Made by a program: the position numbers and the translations under genes. A DNA stretch of 64,000 nucleotides from a virus (lineage: Duplodnaviria > Caudoviricetes): positions 472,054 through 536,053 of IMG/VR virus record IMGVR_UViG_3300009031_000221; one strand, 5' to 3'. Each line of letters starts with the position of its first letter. Positions within the stretch are counted from its first letter, which is position 1. The notes beneath the pieces were generated by a model. It was not told where the DNA came from and ran no database searches. It worked only from the letters and a program-made list of their open reading frames with translations. Positions 61,851-64,000 of the stretch are shown in pieces.

Positions 61851-62918
61851 CTACCCATACGGCATGAGCCGTGCCATCCATCCCGCCGATCGTTCATCTA
61901 CCTGATCAATCGGAGTGACTTCGAGATATACCATCGCGGGTTTGTCATCCCCAATATCCTTCACCAACCCTATCGCCAATGACTTGGCAGCAATATCCAC
62001 CAGGGCAAATGCAGGTTGAGTCGCCCCAGGTCCAGACAACATAATAGACCAATCCCTATAGGCGAGGGGTTGTTCCCTTGGGGCCCGAGGATCGAAATCG
62101 CGTTCTTCAACGGTAATCCCCTTGGCAAGTAAATGTGTTGCCACCAAGTCTCGAATCACCAACACGGCAGATCGCCGACCCTGAGTTGTGGATAGAAACT
62201 TCCACGCCAACTCATGCCGATCCCCATCTGTCATCTTCGTCAATGCCGATCCTCGAGGCCTCATGACCGTTGCCAACTGAGGAAGCTCCCCTCGACGATA
62301 ACCCTCAGGATCGGATTGTGCCGTGCCCTGTACTATGGCCCCCGCATCTCCCGATGCCGTCATAAGGGCACCGTGCTGCCGTATCAGGGCTATAGCATTA
62401 GTTCCCCCCGCAGCGACCGCATCCGCTAGCTGGCGCCGTTCCTGGGTCCTTGTCGTGAGTTCATCACGCATCTTATCGGAGGCCTTCGTAAGCATTGCCC
62501 CAATAGCTACAGGATTGCGTGCCATAGTCTTGACCGGTACAGCCGGGGCCATACCATTCGGAATATCCCCCGTCCGTAGCTCTGGCATGTCTCCGTCAAA
62601 CTGTGCCCGTTCAATGAGTGCCCCTTCATACAAGGGATTCATTCGGGTCAACCCCTTGCCGTCACGAGGGACAAACACATCGTGAGGTACTTCAACCTTT
62701 TCGCCTTCACGCAATGGCGCCAACGTGTTCATCGCCAGATTCTGGAGCTTCGCCGCAAGTGCCGGATCCCCTTGAACAGTCTCCATGAGACACGTCATTG
62801 CCGTGATCTCATCAATCTCGCCACGCTTGGCCTTATCCAATACGTCCCGCAACTCGGGAGATAGATCCTTCAGGTTGGCAATCAAGGAGGTCAGTGCGGT
62901 AGCTACTTGGGAATCCAT
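61851..62918 (-). CDS. hypothetical protein
   Basis: GGAG RBS before MDSQVA; KFLSTTQGRRSA motif. Confidence 0.7.
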   Translation of the reverse strand: MDSQVATALTSLIANLKDLSPELRDVLDKAKRGEIDEITAMTCLMETVQGDPALAAKLQNLAMNTLAPLREGEKVEVPHDVFVPRDGKGLTRMNPLYEGALIERAQFDGDMPELRTGDIPNGMAPAVPVKTMARNPVAIGAMLTKASDKMRDELTTRTQERRQLADAVAAGGTNAIALIRQHGALMTASGDAGAIVQGTAQSDPEGYRRGELPQLATVMRPRGSALTKMTDGDRHELAWKFLSTTQGRRSAVLVIRDLVATHLLAKGITVEERDFDPRAPREQPLAYRDWSIMLSGPGATQPAFALVDIAAKSLAIGLVKDIGDDKPAMVYLEVTPIDQVDERSAGWMARLMPYG

Positions 62919-62919
62919 A

Positions 62920-63609
62920 TCATTTCTCCAATTTGATGGTAGCGCCCGGTTGTACCTTTTGAGTATTGACCGGTGGCGCCGCCCAAGGATCCGCATAAAC
63001 GGGAACCCGACCCTGGGCTTTATCATCTCCAATCATAACCCCACCCGCAGGCTTTGGGATATTTCCACGACCTACTTGAGCGGCACCCACACTCGGGGAT
63101 GCTACAACTGTCGCAGGTTTGCCTTGTACTGCCGTAGGCACTGGGGCCTCAGGCTCCTCAACCTCGTCTTCAAGGTATTCATCCTCGGGTTCTTCAATAT
63201 CATCATCTACGGACATATCTTCCAATGCGGGATCATCCCCCATAGGGTCTAGGATGATGTTCTTTTGATCCTTGAGCATCGATCCCTGCCCATTGGGGAT
63301 TTTCCCAAAGGTGGATAGATCCGGCACCGACCAATCCCCTCGGCGATCGGCTATCTCCAGCTTCATCGCCTCCTGAAACATACTCGGGAAATCCGTGAGG
63401 TGTTCGTACCTAGAGCTAGTGTTATCTGCCTTGATCGGGCGCAAAAGTCGGGCGGCTTGTGTCGCTACGCGGGAACCGAACTTATCAGTAGACCACTGAG
63501 ATCGCATGCATTCAGGTTGGCGACATCGCTGACAGAACGTTTCGATAAATGCGGACTGATCATTGGTCTGCAAATCCGTCATACAATCATTGATAAGGTC
63601 ATTAGACAT
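62920..63609 (-). CDS. hypothetical protein with N-terminal Cys motif and acidic low-complexity region
   Basis: CQRCRQPEC; EEPEDEYLEDEVEE. Confidence 0.65.
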   Translation of the reverse strand: MSNDLINDCMTDLQTNDQSAFIETFCQRCRQPECMRSQWSTDKFGSRVATQAARLLRPIKADNTSSRYEHLTDFPSMFQEAMKLEIADRRGDWSVPDLSTFGKIPNGQGSMLKDQKNIILDPMGDDPALEDMSVDDDIEEPEDEYLEDEVEEPEAPVPTAVQGKPATVVASPSVGAAQVGRGNIPKPAGGVMIGDDKAQGRVPVYADPWAAPPVNTQKVQPGATIKLEK

Positions 63610-63613
63610 GTTA

Positions 63614-63916
63614 TCATCCTACCCGTTTGAAATAATGGGAATAGACTAATTGATCCGCTAAGCAATAACCCATAACCATGTTAGCCGGCCATCTCCCACC
63701 GGGCTTATACATAGAAGTTTCTTTACCTAATCTGGATTTGGCAAATCTAAACCCTCGATCTGTGCCATCATGCTGACATTGCATAGCACCCATATCGACA
63801 CCATCCTCAAATGCTATGCGACTAGCGTCGATATTGATTCCACCAGTGCCCCACTTGATGGATGTGGACGCCACATTCACATCCAGCGGTTTACGGGCAA
63901 CGGTAATTACAATCAT
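63614..63916 (-). CDS. stand-alone methyltransferase-insert-like protein
   Basis: VARKPL...KWGTGGINIDASRI...GRWPAN, a segment normally internal to phage DNA methylases. Confidence 0.55.
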   Translation of the reverse strand: MIVITVARKPLDVNVASTSIKWGTGGINIDASRIAFEDGVDMGAMQCQHDGTDRGFRFAKSRLGKETSMYKPGGRWPANMVMGYCLADQLVYSHYFKRVG

Positions 63917-64000
63917 CTAGGATACCTTGCCACCTGGATTGGTAGACACCGGATTGGGACGAATTCGGCTATGCGCCTTTTGAATTCCCTGAGGACGAAG

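Noticed and set aside
1-64000. Genome-wide reassignment of TAA or TAG
   Set aside because: Many genes end in TAA or TAG with coupled downstream starts (e.g. TAATG at 4168), and conserved enzymes are uninterrupted in code 11

Overview
A 64 kb gene-dense accessory region of a large lytic-type dsDNA phage (jumbo/huge-phage-like, mid-50s %GC by eye). No integrase, terminase, full-length capsid or CRISPR is recognisable. About 110 mostly small, translationally coupled ORFs, mainly on the minus strand. Recognisable products: nucleoside hydrolase, PspA/IM30, TPM-like membrane protein, 2H phosphoesterase, WGR protein, three vWA proteins, RNA ligase, Nudix and NDT-Nudix enzymes, HAD, J-domain protein, Dps/ferritin-like protein, two metallophosphoesterases, ADP-ribosylglycohydrolase, Ser/Thr kinase, CoaD fusion, four paralogous amino-methyltransferases, thymidine kinase, a DEDD exonuclease and five free-standing homing-type endonucleases. 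The non-coding layer is the most striking part. A bipartite promoter (GRCTTACTTTY-N10-GCGTAGAT) occurs 23 times. Three copies drive ORF-less promoter-to-terminator units, including a ~60-nt RNA carrying a perfect anti-Shine-Dalgarno sequence. There is also a long-variable-arm tRNA with a UUA (ochre-reading) anticodon. About ten unrelated proteins share an R-V-A-x-R-[YWF] motif. One homing endonuclease sits between a stranded 5' copy and a full copy of the ADP-ribosylglycohydrolase gene, and another splits a methyltransferase. All calls come from motif reading by eye; no database searches were run.
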